A DNA stretch of 63,493 nt, counting the filler, from Octopus bimaculoides (lineage: Eukaryota), in assembly GCF_001194135.2 (NCBI RefSeq). It is 6 parts of 6 records of this genome, joined end to end, with 100 filler letters (N's around TTAATTAATTAA, not from the genome) between each part and the next. Parts side by side here need not be neighbours in the genome. Positions count along the whole stretch, not along the records: positions 1 to 9,006 come from NC_068981.1; positions 9,107 to 29,328 come from NC_068985.1; 4 more parts are not named here. One strand, 5' to 3'. Under the pieces are notes generated by a model. The model was not told where the DNA came from and made no database searches. It saw only the letters and a program-made list of their open reading frames with translations. Both the position numbers and the translations under genes were made by a program. Shown here in pieces: positions 1 through 11,456 of this stretch (positions within the stretch are counted from its first letter, which is position 1; each line of letters begins with the position of its first letter).

Positions 1-577
1 ATGTATGTGTGTGTGCATGTGTGTGTGTGTGTGTGCGTGTGTGTGTGTGCGTGTGTGTGTGTGCGTGTGTGTGTGTGAGTGTGTGTGTGTGCATGTGTGC
101 GTGTTCAGCTGGAAGAGAGAGAGATTAGCTATTATTTTACTTGGCCTTGTTTACGTTACACGTACATCATTTCATAGATGAGAGCGATAAGAAAGGGAGA
201 TAAGCAATCTCTGGAAACAAATAAGCCATTGAAGTCGCAGATGGGCCAATCAGTGTCGGAGAACGGTCCCCGTACTGCTTTGTATGTGTTACTTGTGTCA
301 CACGCATACATACAAACACACAAACACACAAACACACACACACATACAGATGCATATTCATACACACACATGCACACATACACATATACCTACACACGCA
401 TTCTCACATATACACACACACTCATACGTATATGTGCGTGAATGTGCGTATGCATATATATATATATTTATTTATATATATATGTATGTGTATGTTAACT
501 GTGTGTGTATATGTATGCGTAAATATATATGTATTTTATACGTGTGTGTATGTAAATATATATATATATATACACAC

Positions 578-622
<45 letters not shown>
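1..622. repeat. Compound (TG)n/(CA)n/(TA)n microsatellite field
   Basis: Direct dinucleotide runs ending at an N gap. Confidence 0.9.
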
Positions 623-1151
623 NNNNNNNNNNNNNNNNNNNNNNNNNNNNNNNNNNNNNNNNNNNNNNNNNNNNNNNNNNNNNNNNNNNNNNNNNNNNNN
701 NNNNNNNNNNNNNNNNNNNNNNNNNNNNNNNNNNNNNNNNNNNNNNNNNNNNNNNNNNNNNNNNNNNNNNNNNNNNNNNNNNNNNNNNNNNNNNNNNNNN
801 NNNNNNNNNNNNNNNNNNNNNNNNNNNNNNNNNNNNNNNNNNNNNNNNNNNNNNNNNNNNNNNNNNNNNNNNNNNNNNNNNNNNNNNNNNNNNNNNNNNN
901 NNNNNNNNNNNNNNNNNNNNNNNNNNNNNNNNNNNNNNNNNNNNNNNNNNNNNNNNNNNNNNNNNNNNNNNNNNNNNNNNNNNNNNNNNNNNCTCTCTCT
1001 CGCCTTGTATCTATTTATCTGAGATATCTTAGATTTTTATCGTTTAAGATTTTCTTTAAAAATATAATCTCATTTCATAAAATTACATCGTATCATTTTA
1101 TGTTCTAATTCTTTATAGATAGGAGGAAATAAGTAAGTCATGAATGGAAAC

Positions 1152-1174
1152 AAATAATAATAATAATAATAATG

Positions 1175-1225
<51 letters not shown>
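1152..1225. repeat. (AAT)n microsatellite
   Basis: About 24 AAT units. Confidence 0.95.
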
Positions 1226-1227
<2 letters not shown>

Positions 1228-1728
1228 CATATAAACACATACATACAAACACATATATCCATACATATATATATATACGAGCGTATACGCGCGAGTACGT
1301 GTGGCTTGCGTGTTTAATGGACAGATCGGGAAGTGAGATATTTAACATTAAATGAAATAACAGTTGAAATTTGAAAAGAAAATGTGTAGTTTATCCAGCT
1401 TTAGTTTCGCCCCCTATCTTTACTTAAGACGTTACGCTCGTGCAATCTTAACTATTTATCAAAGTTGTGAAAGAACGAGGGTTATCATGTGTCTAAAAAC
1501 AACAGATGTATCAGTGCAATGCATGGAATAAGATATAAGTTCGCAACATATAAACGACAAAGTGCACCCCAAAACCAGTCGGTCGTTGCACCTTTTTCTT
1601 TCTTTCTTTTTTTTAAAAAAAGAATACCGTCTTCTTTCTTTGTTTTAGATAAACTGAATCGGAGGCTAGCAAAGAATACGTGACAGTCATTTTGTTTTTT
1701 CATAAAGGACAGTGATGTAATTGAAAGA

Positions 1729-2105
1729 GGGAGGCGCAATGGACCAGTGGGCAGCGGACTCGCAGTCATAGGATCGCCGTTTCGATTCCCAGACCGGGCG
1801 TTGTGAGTGTTTATTGAGCGAAAACACCTAAAGCTCCACGAGGCTCCAGCAGGGGATGGTGGCGAACCCTGCTGTACTCTTTCACCACAACTTTCTCTCA
1901 CCCTTACTTCCTGTTTCTGTTGTGCCTGTAATTCAAAGGGCCAGCCTTGTCACACTGTGTCACGCTGAATATCCCCGAGAACTACGTTAAGGGTACACGT
2001 GTCTGTGGAGTGCTCAGTCACTTGCACGTTAATTTCACGAGCAGGCTGTTCCGTTGATCGGATCAACTGGAACCCTCGATGTCGTAAGCGACGGAGTGCC
2101 AACGA
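1729..2105 (+). mobile_element. Full-length tRNA-derived SINE (family 1)
   Basis: tRNA-like head GGCGCAATGG...GTTTCGATTCC (this copy lacks part of the A box), body shared with copies at 32347, 41196, 45795 and 50752. 12-bp TSD GTAATTGAAAGA at 1717-1728 and 2106-2117. Confidence 0.9.
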
Positions 2106-2527
2106 GTAATTGAAAGAAGATATCCATGATATGAACGGAAATTTATATATAACCAGCTGACTCCGTCAATATTCCACAGATTAATTAGAAACATCTACCA
2201 AGCATTAAGGATCAATAATATGTTTATCAGACTCAGAGTAGACCTTGCGGAGAGAGGGCGAGTCACAGAGAAGATCGCTAATAACGAAAAAAGAACTTAG
2301 GCTAACAAACAATCGATTGATTGCTTAAGCAGCACATTAAACAATCGATCGATTAGTTAGTTGGTTAGATATTTAAACCAATTGATTAACAATAAAGAAG
2401 TGATATTGTATCTGCGCGTGCAATTATCATTATTGGCATAATGATCCTCCCAAGACACAAGATTTGTTTCAATACACGAATTCACATCAAGAATCTTGCA
2501 AGCCAAATACAAAAAGGTGCGTGCGTG

Positions 2528-2574
<47 letters not shown>

Positions 2575-2619
2575 GCGTGTGTTTATGTGTGCGTTTATGT
2601 GTGTATGTATGTGTGTATA

Positions 2620-2785
2620 TACAACGGGAGTCTGCACAGTCTTTGCCTACCAGATTTATCCACAAGGCTTTGGCCGACGGGAGGCTATAGTACCAGATGC
2701 TTGCGCAAAGCGCCGCACAGTGAGATCAAATCCGGAACGACGTGGTTGCTAAGCGAACTACTTATCCACACAGCCAAACCGATGC
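2620..2785 (-). mobile_element. SINE family 3 (CORE-like), diverged copy
   Basis: Reverse-complement match to the copy at 63295-63460. Confidence 0.7.
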
Positions 2786-3009
2786 TGAAGTTCAACATGC
2801 AACGCTTGGAATTCTGTTCCATTGCTACAAACCTAATCCTTGTCTGGAGGAAGAATTCAAGAAATGAGAAAAAGGAAAAGACATGAATATATATACATAC
2901 ATTTATATATACATAAAATTATATATACATACAAGTATATATACATATATGTATATATACGTACATTTATATATACATATATTTATATATACATATTCTT
3001 TTTTCCATT

Positions 3010-3196
3010 TATTTGTTTCAGTCATTTGACTGCGGCCATGCTGGAGCACCGCCTTTTAGTCGAGCAAATCGACCCCAGGACTTATTCTTTGTAAGCCTAG
3101 TACTTATTCTATCGGTCTCATTTGCCGAACACCGCTAAGTTACGGGGATGTAAACACACCAAGCGATGTTGTGGGGACAAAAACAGACGCACAAAC

Positions 3197-3200
<4 letters not shown>
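3010..3200. repeat. Interspersed repeat (GTTTCAGTCATTTGACTGCGGCCATGCTGGAGCACC family)
   Basis: Homologous copies at about 41950-42110, 48955-49090 and 49325-49520. Confidence 0.75.
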
Positions 3201-3227
<27 letters not shown>

Positions 3228-3231
<4 letters not shown>

Positions 3232-3422
3232 CTATATTTAAGAGATGAGGAATTATATACATTATTTACATGATTTACATTACTTACATTTGACGGATAT
3301 CTGTCCTCATCTTGTTTGTTAACACAATGTTTTGGCTGATATACCACTACGCCATATGTCCACGGGACAAGATGAGTACAAATATCCGTCAAATGTAAAT
3401 AATGTAAATAATGTAAGTAATG

Positions 3423-3425
<3 letters not shown>
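3228..3425. mobile_element. Penelope-like pseudo-LTR fragment with internal inversion
   Basis: 3228-3345 matches 10238-10350. The arms CATTACTTACATTTGACGGATATCTGTCCTCATCTTGT and ACAAGATGAGTACAAATATCCGTCAAATGTAAATAATG are inverted. Confidence 0.6.
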
Positions 3426-3460
<35 letters not shown>

Positions 3461-3461
<1 letters not shown>

Positions 3462-3595
3462 GACGGGCTTCTTTCAGTTTCTGTCTACCAAATCCACTCA
3501 CAAGGCTTTGTAGAAGACTTGCTGAAGGTGCCACGCAGTGAGACTGAATCCGGAACCATGTGGTTGGTAAGCAAGCTACTTATCACACAGCCATA
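3461..3595 (-). mobile_element. SINE family 3 (CORE-like)
   Basis: CGACGGGCTTCTTTCAGTTTCTGTCTACCAAATCCACTCACAAGGCTTTG shared with other copies. Confidence 0.8.
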
Positions 3596-4145
3596 TTTAT
3601 AAATATATGCATAGATTATAAATTTCCATTTATATCAATAGTTATTATACGCATCGTTATGTTAGTAAACGCCTAACTTTCGAAAAGGAAACATTTCTGG
3701 CAAAGAGATACGTTAGAACGATCTATAAGCAGAACAATGAAAATATGCAAGATTTTTCTTAAGTTAAACATGTAAAACTCATCACTGGTGTTATCTAATT
3801 TCCACCGTTGAAACCTTGTTTCTTTGTTAAAAATCTGCGCTTTCATTACGGAAAGTTAACTAATTAAAATAGTTAAGATAACATACGCACATACAAACAT
3901 ACATATTACATACATAAAAACATACATGCATCTGTACGGGCATACATCTATGTATATACATACATATATACATACTTACCTAAATACATACATAGATACA
4001 TACAGAGAGGTTGACGGGAGTGTAGTATATAGATTGAACAGACAGATTGTTGGAAAGATTCAGAATGAAACGCATTGATGTTATACATGCCTAGAATCAT
4101 TTGAAGCTAGCTATGTGAACGAATGTATGAACGTATGTATACAGA

Positions 4146-4177
<32 letters not shown>

Positions 4178-4959
4178 TGTGTTTCTTTCACCACCTTTAC
4201 ACAACCGCTTTGTGCAGTCTAAAGTTCGTAACCTCATCCGAACATCGTAGAAAATATTGGCCGAATTCGCGAAAGATTATTGCTCTAAATCTGCTTCATT
4301 CACTTCTAAATATCAGTCAAGTACCTCTCAGACTTATTTTATAATTTTACGAGATCGCATTCTATGGTTTTCTTGTTTAAAAGCCGACATAATCTAAAGC
4401 CTATCCACCCACATTTTCCCTCTTTCTCTCTCTCTTCGTTATAAGTACATTTGTAATAAACATTGTCCATTATATACTTTAGAAATAAAAGTGATTTCCA
4501 TCATTAATTATTTTTTAGCATGTTAACGTAGTGTTCAAGCGGCGAATTGGCAGAGTTGTTAAAGTGTTGAATAGAAATAACCTGTGGCGGCTCTCTGCGC
4601 TGTGTGTTCAAACCCTGCTAAGGTCAACTTTGCCGTTTATCCTTTCATGGATAAACAGTTAAAAGGTTGGAAGCGATACACCGCGGTATCTATTCTTGGT
4701 ATTTGTGTTTTGAGGGCAACACATGTGATGACACTGGTGCCAGAATGTATCGGCCCAAGTCAGGGGTCTGCCCTTGAATACACATTTAGAGAAGAGACTT
4801 ACGGCCAGTCTTCCGCGATAAATATCGCTGAGGCCTGCAAATACATGTACAAATGAACAGCCAACACAAAAGTAGTTAAATGTCATGGCATATAGAAGTA
4901 TAGGTTGGAAAATAAGACGGCAATGTGTATATACATGAGTGTTAATATATATATATATC

Positions 4960-5170
4960 GGCGAGCTGGCAAAATCGTTAGCACGCCGGGCAAGATGCTT
5001 AGCGGCATTTCGTCCGTGTCTACGTTCTGAGTTCAAATTCTGCCGGGGTTGACTTTGCCTGTCATCTTTTCGGGGTCGATAAAATAAGTACCAGTTGAAT
5101 ACTGGAGACGATGTAATCGATTATTCCCCCTCCACAAAATTGCAGGCCTTGTGCCTATATTAGAAATGAT
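4960..5170 (+). mobile_element. SINE family 2
   Basis: GGCGAGCTGGCA...CTGAGTTCAAATTC...GGGGTCGATAAA consensus shared with 5564, 34249, 39117 and 51908. Confidence 0.85.
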
Positions 5171-5204
5171 TGTTATTATAATTTAAATTTATTTCTCAGA
5201 GCTC

Positions 5205-5560
5205 TCGATTTTACTTGCTCCGGTTAATTTTGTTAGAGCGGACAGGAACCTGCTGTCAGAGGTCTCCCAGGGTCTATTTCCATAATGTTAAGTACCAATC
5301 TCAAAATCTTCGCTGTCCTCAATGGAGCAGTTTTTTGGCCATGCTCTACCATTATATCAATTCCAATTTCTCAGACATATTTCTCAAACTTGATAGTTGA
5401 TACTCCGAGTGCCCCTACGACTACTGAGAGCATATAGTGACTCTTTTCGTAGCCCACATTCTTGCAATTTCGTCTTTTAGTAACTTGCATCTTTCCACCT
5501 TCTCCAATTCTCTGTCACCCACGTATGCGTCCCCAAAGATGGCAATATCTTTTATCTTAG
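5205..5560 (-). mobile_element. R4/Dong-like non-LTR retrotransposon 3' remnant (restriction-like endonuclease)
   Basis: Minus-strand translation DIAIFGDAYVGDRELEKVERCKLLKDEIARMW...VVGALG...QKTAPLRTAKILR resembles the RLE C-terminus; contains stops and frameshifts. Confidence 0.75.
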
Positions 5561-5563
5561 TAT

Positions 5564-5831
5564 GGCGGCGAGCTGGCAGAAACGTTAGCACGCCGGGCGA
5601 AATGCTTAGCGGTATTTCGTCTGCCGTTACGTTCTCAGTTCAAATTCCGCCGAGGTCGACTTTGCCTTTCATCCTTTCGGAGTCGATAAATTAAGTACCA
5701 GTTACGCACTGGGGACAATGTAATCGACTTAATCCGTTTGTCTGTCCTTGTTTGTCCCCTCTATGTTTAGCCCCTTGTGGGCAATAAAGAAATAAGAAAC
5801 GTTAGCACGCTGGGCGAAATGCTTAGCGGTA
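5564..5831 (+). mobile_element. SINE family 2, long-tail copy followed by the start of a second monomer
   Basis: Full consensus, then GCAATAAAGAAATAAG|AAACGTTAGCACGC; cut by a gap. Confidence 0.85.
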
Positions 5832-6496
5832 NNNNNNNNNNNNNNNNNNNNNNNNNNNNNNNNNNNNNNNNNNNNNNNNNNNNNNNNNNNNNNNNNNNNN
5901 NNNNNNNNNNNNNNNNNNNNNNNNNNNNNNNNNNNNNNNNNNNNNNNNNNNNNNNNNNNNNNNNNNNNNNNNNNNNNNNNNNNNNNNNNNNNNNNNNNNN
6001 NNNNNNNNNNNNNNNNNNNNNNNNNNNNNNNNNNNNNNNNNNNNNNNNNNNNNNNNNNNNNNNNNNNNNNNNNNNNNNNNNNNNNNNNNNNNNNNNNNNN
6101 NNNNNNNNNNNNNNNNNNNNNNNNNNNNNNNNNNNNNNNNNNNNNNNNNNNNNNNNNNNNNNNNNNNNNNNNNNNNNNNNNNNNNNNNNNNNNNNNNNNN
6201 NNNNNNNNNNNNNNNNNNNNNNNNNNNNNNNNNNNNNNNNNNNNNNNNNNNNNNNNNNNNNNNNNNNNNNNNNNNNNNNNNNNNNNNNNNNNNNNNNNNN
6301 NNNNNNNNNNNNNNNNNNNNNNNNNNNNNNNNNNATTACAAAATTACTCAAGGACTGAAAGTTTCGTGCCGATTAAAGTGTTTTGAGTTCTATGTATTTA
6401 TGCTGTTTCTACAACCAAATCTATGCGTACATATGTGTGTGTGTGTGCATGTTTAGATATATGTATGCATTTCGATTAGTATGTATGGATGGATGT

Positions 6497-6502
<6 letters not shown>

Positions 6503-6541
<39 letters not shown>

Positions 6542-6544
6542 GAC

Positions 6545-6597
<53 letters not shown>

Positions 6598-6600
6598 TAG
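6503..6600. repeat. (AG)n/(AGAC)n microsatellite
   Basis: Direct tandem units. Confidence 0.95.
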
Positions 6601-8091
6601 AAGTGTGTGTGCATGCATGGTTGTATGCATGTCGTTGTCAAAGGAATATCTAAAAAGACGCTCACACCTAAACGGGTGGGTATTTTCCGCCGTAATCCGC
6701 GCTGCTATGTTAAGTTAGCGTCAGTTTTAACGAGAGAAAGTTCATCGCCACTGGTTAAGTTAATTTAAAGACGATTTGGAGACAGAGATAGAGAGGGAGA
6801 GAAATGAAAAGACGAGAACGGTGGCGGTGGGGTGGGTCGATGACGAAGACAAAAATGGAGAAATGAGACAGCAGCAGAGAGGATGCAGACCATAATAAAT
6901 TGAAAGCATCAATGTTTTAGATTGCTTAGAACTCAAATCTATTATAGAGACCGGAAGTTGTAAATCTGGTTGTCTTTTTCTCTCAAGACGGAGGTCTGTA
7001 TCCTCTGTTGGTTGAGTAATGGCCTTTAGAGATGTGGATGACAAGTTACATAAGATGACATGGGGGGGAGGGGGGAAACGAACTAGACTGCTTCCTTGTT
7101 GCCAAACGGTCAGCAAGTCTGAAGGACACATCAAAAGCTGATGAGGTAAAGTTCTTTCGCTTTTCAATCATTTTCCAACTCTGAAGAATTGTAATACCAA
7201 GCACTTCCTCGCGTTAGCTCTAACTTTGCATGCACTTAAATCGGTCTCCGTTTAACTTTACTAAACGTTTAATTTTCCCACTCTTTCTCGCTACACACAT
7301 ATATATNNNNNNNNNNNNNNNNNNNNNNNNNNNNNNNNNNNNNNNNNNNNNNNNNNNNNNNNNNNNNNNNNNNNNNNNNNNNNNNNNNNNNNNNNNNNNN
7401 NNNNNNNNNNNNNNNNNNNNNNNNNNNNNNNNNNNNNNNNNNNNNNNNNNNNNNNNNNNNNNNNNNNNNNNNNNNNNNNNNNNNNNNNNNNNNNNNNNNN
7501 NNNNNNNNNNNNNNNNNNNNNNNNNNNNNNNNNNNNNNNNNNNNNNNNNNNNNNNNNNNNNNNNNNNNNNNNNNNNNNNNNNNNNNNNNNNNNNNNNNNN
7601 NNNNNNNNNNNNNNNNNNNNNNNNNNNNNNNNNNNNNNNNNNNNNNNNNNNNNNNNNNNNNNNNNNNNNNNNNNNNNNNNNNNNNNNNNNNNNNNNNNNN
7701 NNNNNNNNNNNNNNNNNNNNNNNNNNNNNNNNNNNNNNNNNNNNNNNNNNNNNNNNNNNNNNNNNNNNNNNNNNNNNNNNNNNNNNNNNNNNNNNNNNNN
7801 NNNNNNNNNNNNNNNNNNNNNNNNNNNNNNNNNNNNNNNNNNNNNNNNNNNNNNNNNNNNNNNNNNNNNNNNNNNNNNNNNNNNNNNNNNNNNNNNNNNN
7901 NNNNNNNNNNNNNNNNNNNNNNNNNNNNNNNNNNNNNNNNNNNNNNNNNNNNNNNNNNNNNNNNNNNNNNNNNNNNNNNNNNNNNNNNNNNNNNNNNNNN
8001 NNNNNNNNNNNNNNNNNNNNNNNNNNNNNNNNNNNNNNNNNNNNNNNNNNNNNNNNNNNNNNNNNNNNNNNNNNNNNNNNNNNNNNNNNNN

Positions 8092-8127
<36 letters not shown>

Positions 8128-10232
8128 TAATAGGGTAAAAAATTTGATATTAATTAATATCAATTTAATACCAGGAATACTAGCACGCGATCCTGTGAAT
8201 TATATCTCTATGGCAGTCTATACTGAGGAGAAACAGATATTTTCGGTAAGAAAATATTGATTTCGAAACCATGGTCACAGATAACCTGATATTTATTTCT
8301 ATAATTTTCACTAGTCCCGCCCGTATGTTTTTGCTTCGCTAATTTTTTCTTTGAGAATTTTTCAGTGATCTTCTTCCAGCACATACACAGTCCACTTAGT
8401 GGTCTCTTTTATATATATATATTGTTATAATGTTAGGGAATTGCTAAATCCGAACTTACAAGGAAATACAATTTAATAATATCAAATCGAATATTAATAA
8501 TGAAAAATATATTAATAATTTAGAGAAGAACCACCACGATGCAACTCAAACGATGAAGGAGATCAGACACCATCAAGAAAAGCGTACTCTACAAAATACA
8601 AGTTTAAAAATCTAAAAAATTCAAGAGAAAATTTGTAATACGCCAAGAAACGCGCGTAGTCTTTCATTCACTTTCGTTTTTTTAAACTTTATAAACTTAC
8701 TAAACTGATTTAAATTTTTAGTCCAATATTTCATAGATTTTATGTATTACAAATTTTCTCTTGGATTTTTTAGATTTTGTGTATAAGTTTGTGTGTTTGT
8801 GTATATATATATACTTCCATTCCATAAACTTTACAACCGGAATGAAATTGAGAGAAAATGCAAAGAAAAGGACTTTATTAAGAAATTCAAACCCACTCTT
8901 AACAAACAATGATTAAATTTATCTTACTTGGGGTTTAAAAATCTTATCCCTATAACTAAAACACAAAAAAATCTCTCAAATGTCATCATTTCTAAAAATA
9001 GCGAAANNNNNNNNNNNNNNNNNNNNNNNNNNNNNNNNNNNNNNNNNNNNTTAATTAATTAANNNNNNNNNNNNNNNNNNNNNNNNNNNNNNNNNNNNNN
9101 NNNNNNATCAATCAAGTACTGCCATTGATATAAACAACTGTTATCACCCGTCAGACATGTGACCTTATGATGAAGAAAGAAATCATTATTTAAATTACAG
9201 AATTAGTAATATGCCAAATGAAATACTGTTTTCCATATTCAGTTCTAGCTTTTTAGGTGGCAAACAGGCAGAATCATTAGAATGCCAGGCAAAATGTTTA
9301 GTGGTATTTCATCCGTCTTTACATTCTGAGTTCAAACTTTGCTAAGGTTAACTTTACCTTTGATCCTTCCAGGGGCAATAAAATAAGTACCAGTTACACA
9401 CTGGGGTTGATGTAATTAACTTATTCCCTCCCCCAAAATTACTGGCCTTGTGCCAGAAATTTGAAATCAATATTCATTTTCTTCCCTTTACATTCTAAAT
9501 TCAGATTAGTTCAGATTATCTTTGCCTTTTATCCTACCAGGGTTGATTAAATAGGTACCAGTCATGTAGTGGAGTTGATTTAACTAATTATGTTCCTATT
9601 TCGAATTTATGATCTTTTACTGAAGTTATTGATCATTATTATCGTAATGGGAAAGTAGCAGAGATGTTAAGAATGCAGGGCTAAATGGCTTGTAGTATAT
9701 AGTTTCTTACATAGAGGTTCTGTGTTCAAATATCACAAGGTTTGATAAAATACAGTAGCTGTCAATAATGAAATTGCTTAAAATGATTATATCCACCTAG
9801 TAATGATGTTTGAAATCATTGTAGTAGTAGTAGTAACAACAACAACAACAACTACATGCTGTTGTATGAATAACATACTCAGCATCAAGTTGATTCATGT
9901 ACCAGATTCCATATCATTAAGTAACTGAAAGATACTTCTTTCTGAATGGGATCTGGGGCATTTTGCAAGTTTGTTACTTAGAGGTCCAAAGTTTAAATTG
10001 GCAATCATTGGTTGTGCAACTTCTATGAGAACTATCAAGTCAGTTTATCACATCTGAAATCTTTTGCCTTTGACACTTTGCCAGAGGCCATACCCATTTC
10101 CCTTTCTGTGTACTCATTGCTTCTAGCTAGAGTTTAGCACTGATTATCTACATACTTGCTTCCTAAATATAAAGCAAAGCCACTTCCCAGATGAGCTGAA
10201 ATTTTGTGTTTCTGTTGCAAATTAAAAGCTTG

Positions 10233-10735
10233 GTAATACAGTTCTATATTTAAGAGATGAGGAATTATGTACATTATTTACATTATTTACATTTGACGAA
10301 TATTTGTCCACATCTTGTTTGTTAACACAACGTTTTGGCTGATATACCCTCCAGCCTTCATCAGGTGTCTTGGGGAAATTTTGAACCTGGATTCTCATTC
10401 CTAAGGTATTTTTCGTTGTTGTTGCTGCTGTCATTGTCGTTGTTGTTGTTGTTATTCAGGCCACTGCCTGGAATCAAACTCGCAGTCTTGGGGTACAGGA
10501 ACATAACAAAGCTGCGACACGAGGAGATATTGATCATGTATGGAAAAATGGAGACCACCTCCCCCTGTGGGATGAAGTTAAAATAATAGACAGAGAACCC
10601 CACTGGAAAATACGAAAACTAAAAGAAGCAACACACATGCTAGAACACGACAACCTCCTAAGCCGACTGAGTGCAGATATGAATAGCATATGGGAACCGG
10701 TATTAAGGAAGGATAGGAAAATATTAGATTTATAA
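10233..10735. mobile_element. Penelope-like element remnant: inverted pseudo-LTR (10233-10420, -) plus GIY-YIG endonuclease C-terminus (10499-10735, +)
   Basis: Plus frame EHNKAATRGDIDHVWKNGDHLPLWDEVKIIDREPHWKIRKLKEATHML...MNSIWEPVL resembles PLE endonuclease ends. The minus strand of the pLTR carries a hammerhead-like core. Confidence 0.7.
10324..10369 (-). ncRNA. Degenerate minimal type I hammerhead ribozyme
   Basis: Minus strand GACAC-CTGATGA-A-GGCTG(gagggtatat)CAGCC-AAAAC-GTT-GTGTT: stems I and II are present, but the core GAAA is changed to AAAA. Confidence 0.55.
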
Positions 10736-10737
10736 CT

Positions 10738-11100
10738 CTGGCTGAAGAGGTGGGGCTACCAGAAGGCCATGTGTGTGGTAGCAGGATTCATTCCTTGCCA
10801 TACCTTCTGAAGAGTCATGAGTATTTGTCCAAGAATTTCTACATCTTCACCAGCCCTAATACCTGGCCTCTCGATTCCCCATGATTGTAATCCCATGGGT
10901 TACTATAGATGGGATGCAGTTGAAAAAGACACCAGCCATTCTGCCTGCAACACCAAGTATGAGCTGGTAGCCAAGATCAAGGAAGTGTTCAAAGATCTTC
11001 CCAGGGACACAGTAAGGAATGCATGCACCAGGTTCTGTAGTTGTGAGGCCGTGATAAAAGTTGAGGCGGGCTGTTTTAAGTTAATTACTATTGCCCAGCC
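10738..11100 (+). mobile_element. Tc1/mariner (maT/DD37D-like) transposase C-terminal remnant
   Basis: Decayed WQQD..PCH and SPDCNPMxY motifs, then AVEKDTSHSACNTKYELVAKIKEVFKDLPRDTVRNACTRF. Confidence 0.75.
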
Positions 11101-11407
11101 ATAATGTAGCTGATGTTTTTAGAGTTTTTTAAATACTTTTATTTTTGGATGAGATATTGTGTCCTTTACCATTGATGCAAACTGTCAAATTTAGCCCAAA
11201 CACCTTGTACTTTCCAGTGTTCAGTTTTACATCATCGAATTCTGAGTTCAAATTTGTTTTAGACATAACTTTGATTTCCATAACTATGAAATTAATAAAA
11301 AGTGATAGATTTATTCAGAGGTGGATTTGACTTTTTATAGCCTTCATCCCTAAAAAAAGTATGAATGACAGAACATTAAAATTATTTTCATATATTTTCT
11401 TTTCCAG

Positions 11408-11456
11408 GTACCAGCAGTTGTAATAGTGACAAAATGCTTTGTTCAGGATCACGAAC
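11408..11456 (+). CDS. LDLa gene exon A1 (N-half of module 1)
   Basis: ttttccag|...|gtaaga; 49 nt; phase 1->2; [15 protein letters not shown]. Confidence 0.85.

Noticed and set aside
156-1348. His/Thr/Tyr/Ile/Val/Cys-rich ORFs here and at 2357-3602, 16732-17139, 29429-29948, 39734-40668 and 58342-58715
   Set aside because: Translations of dinucleotide and trinucleotide microsatellites.
7230-8138. Long ORFs spanning X runs (also 5767, 14127, 15315, 38561, 45883, 50968)
   Set aside because: They are open only because of N gaps.
9051-9062. TTAATTAATTAA islands within Ns (also 29373, 43336, 56458, 61546)
   Set aside because: Identical 12-mers centred in gaps with stops in all frames: an assembly spacer, not biology.
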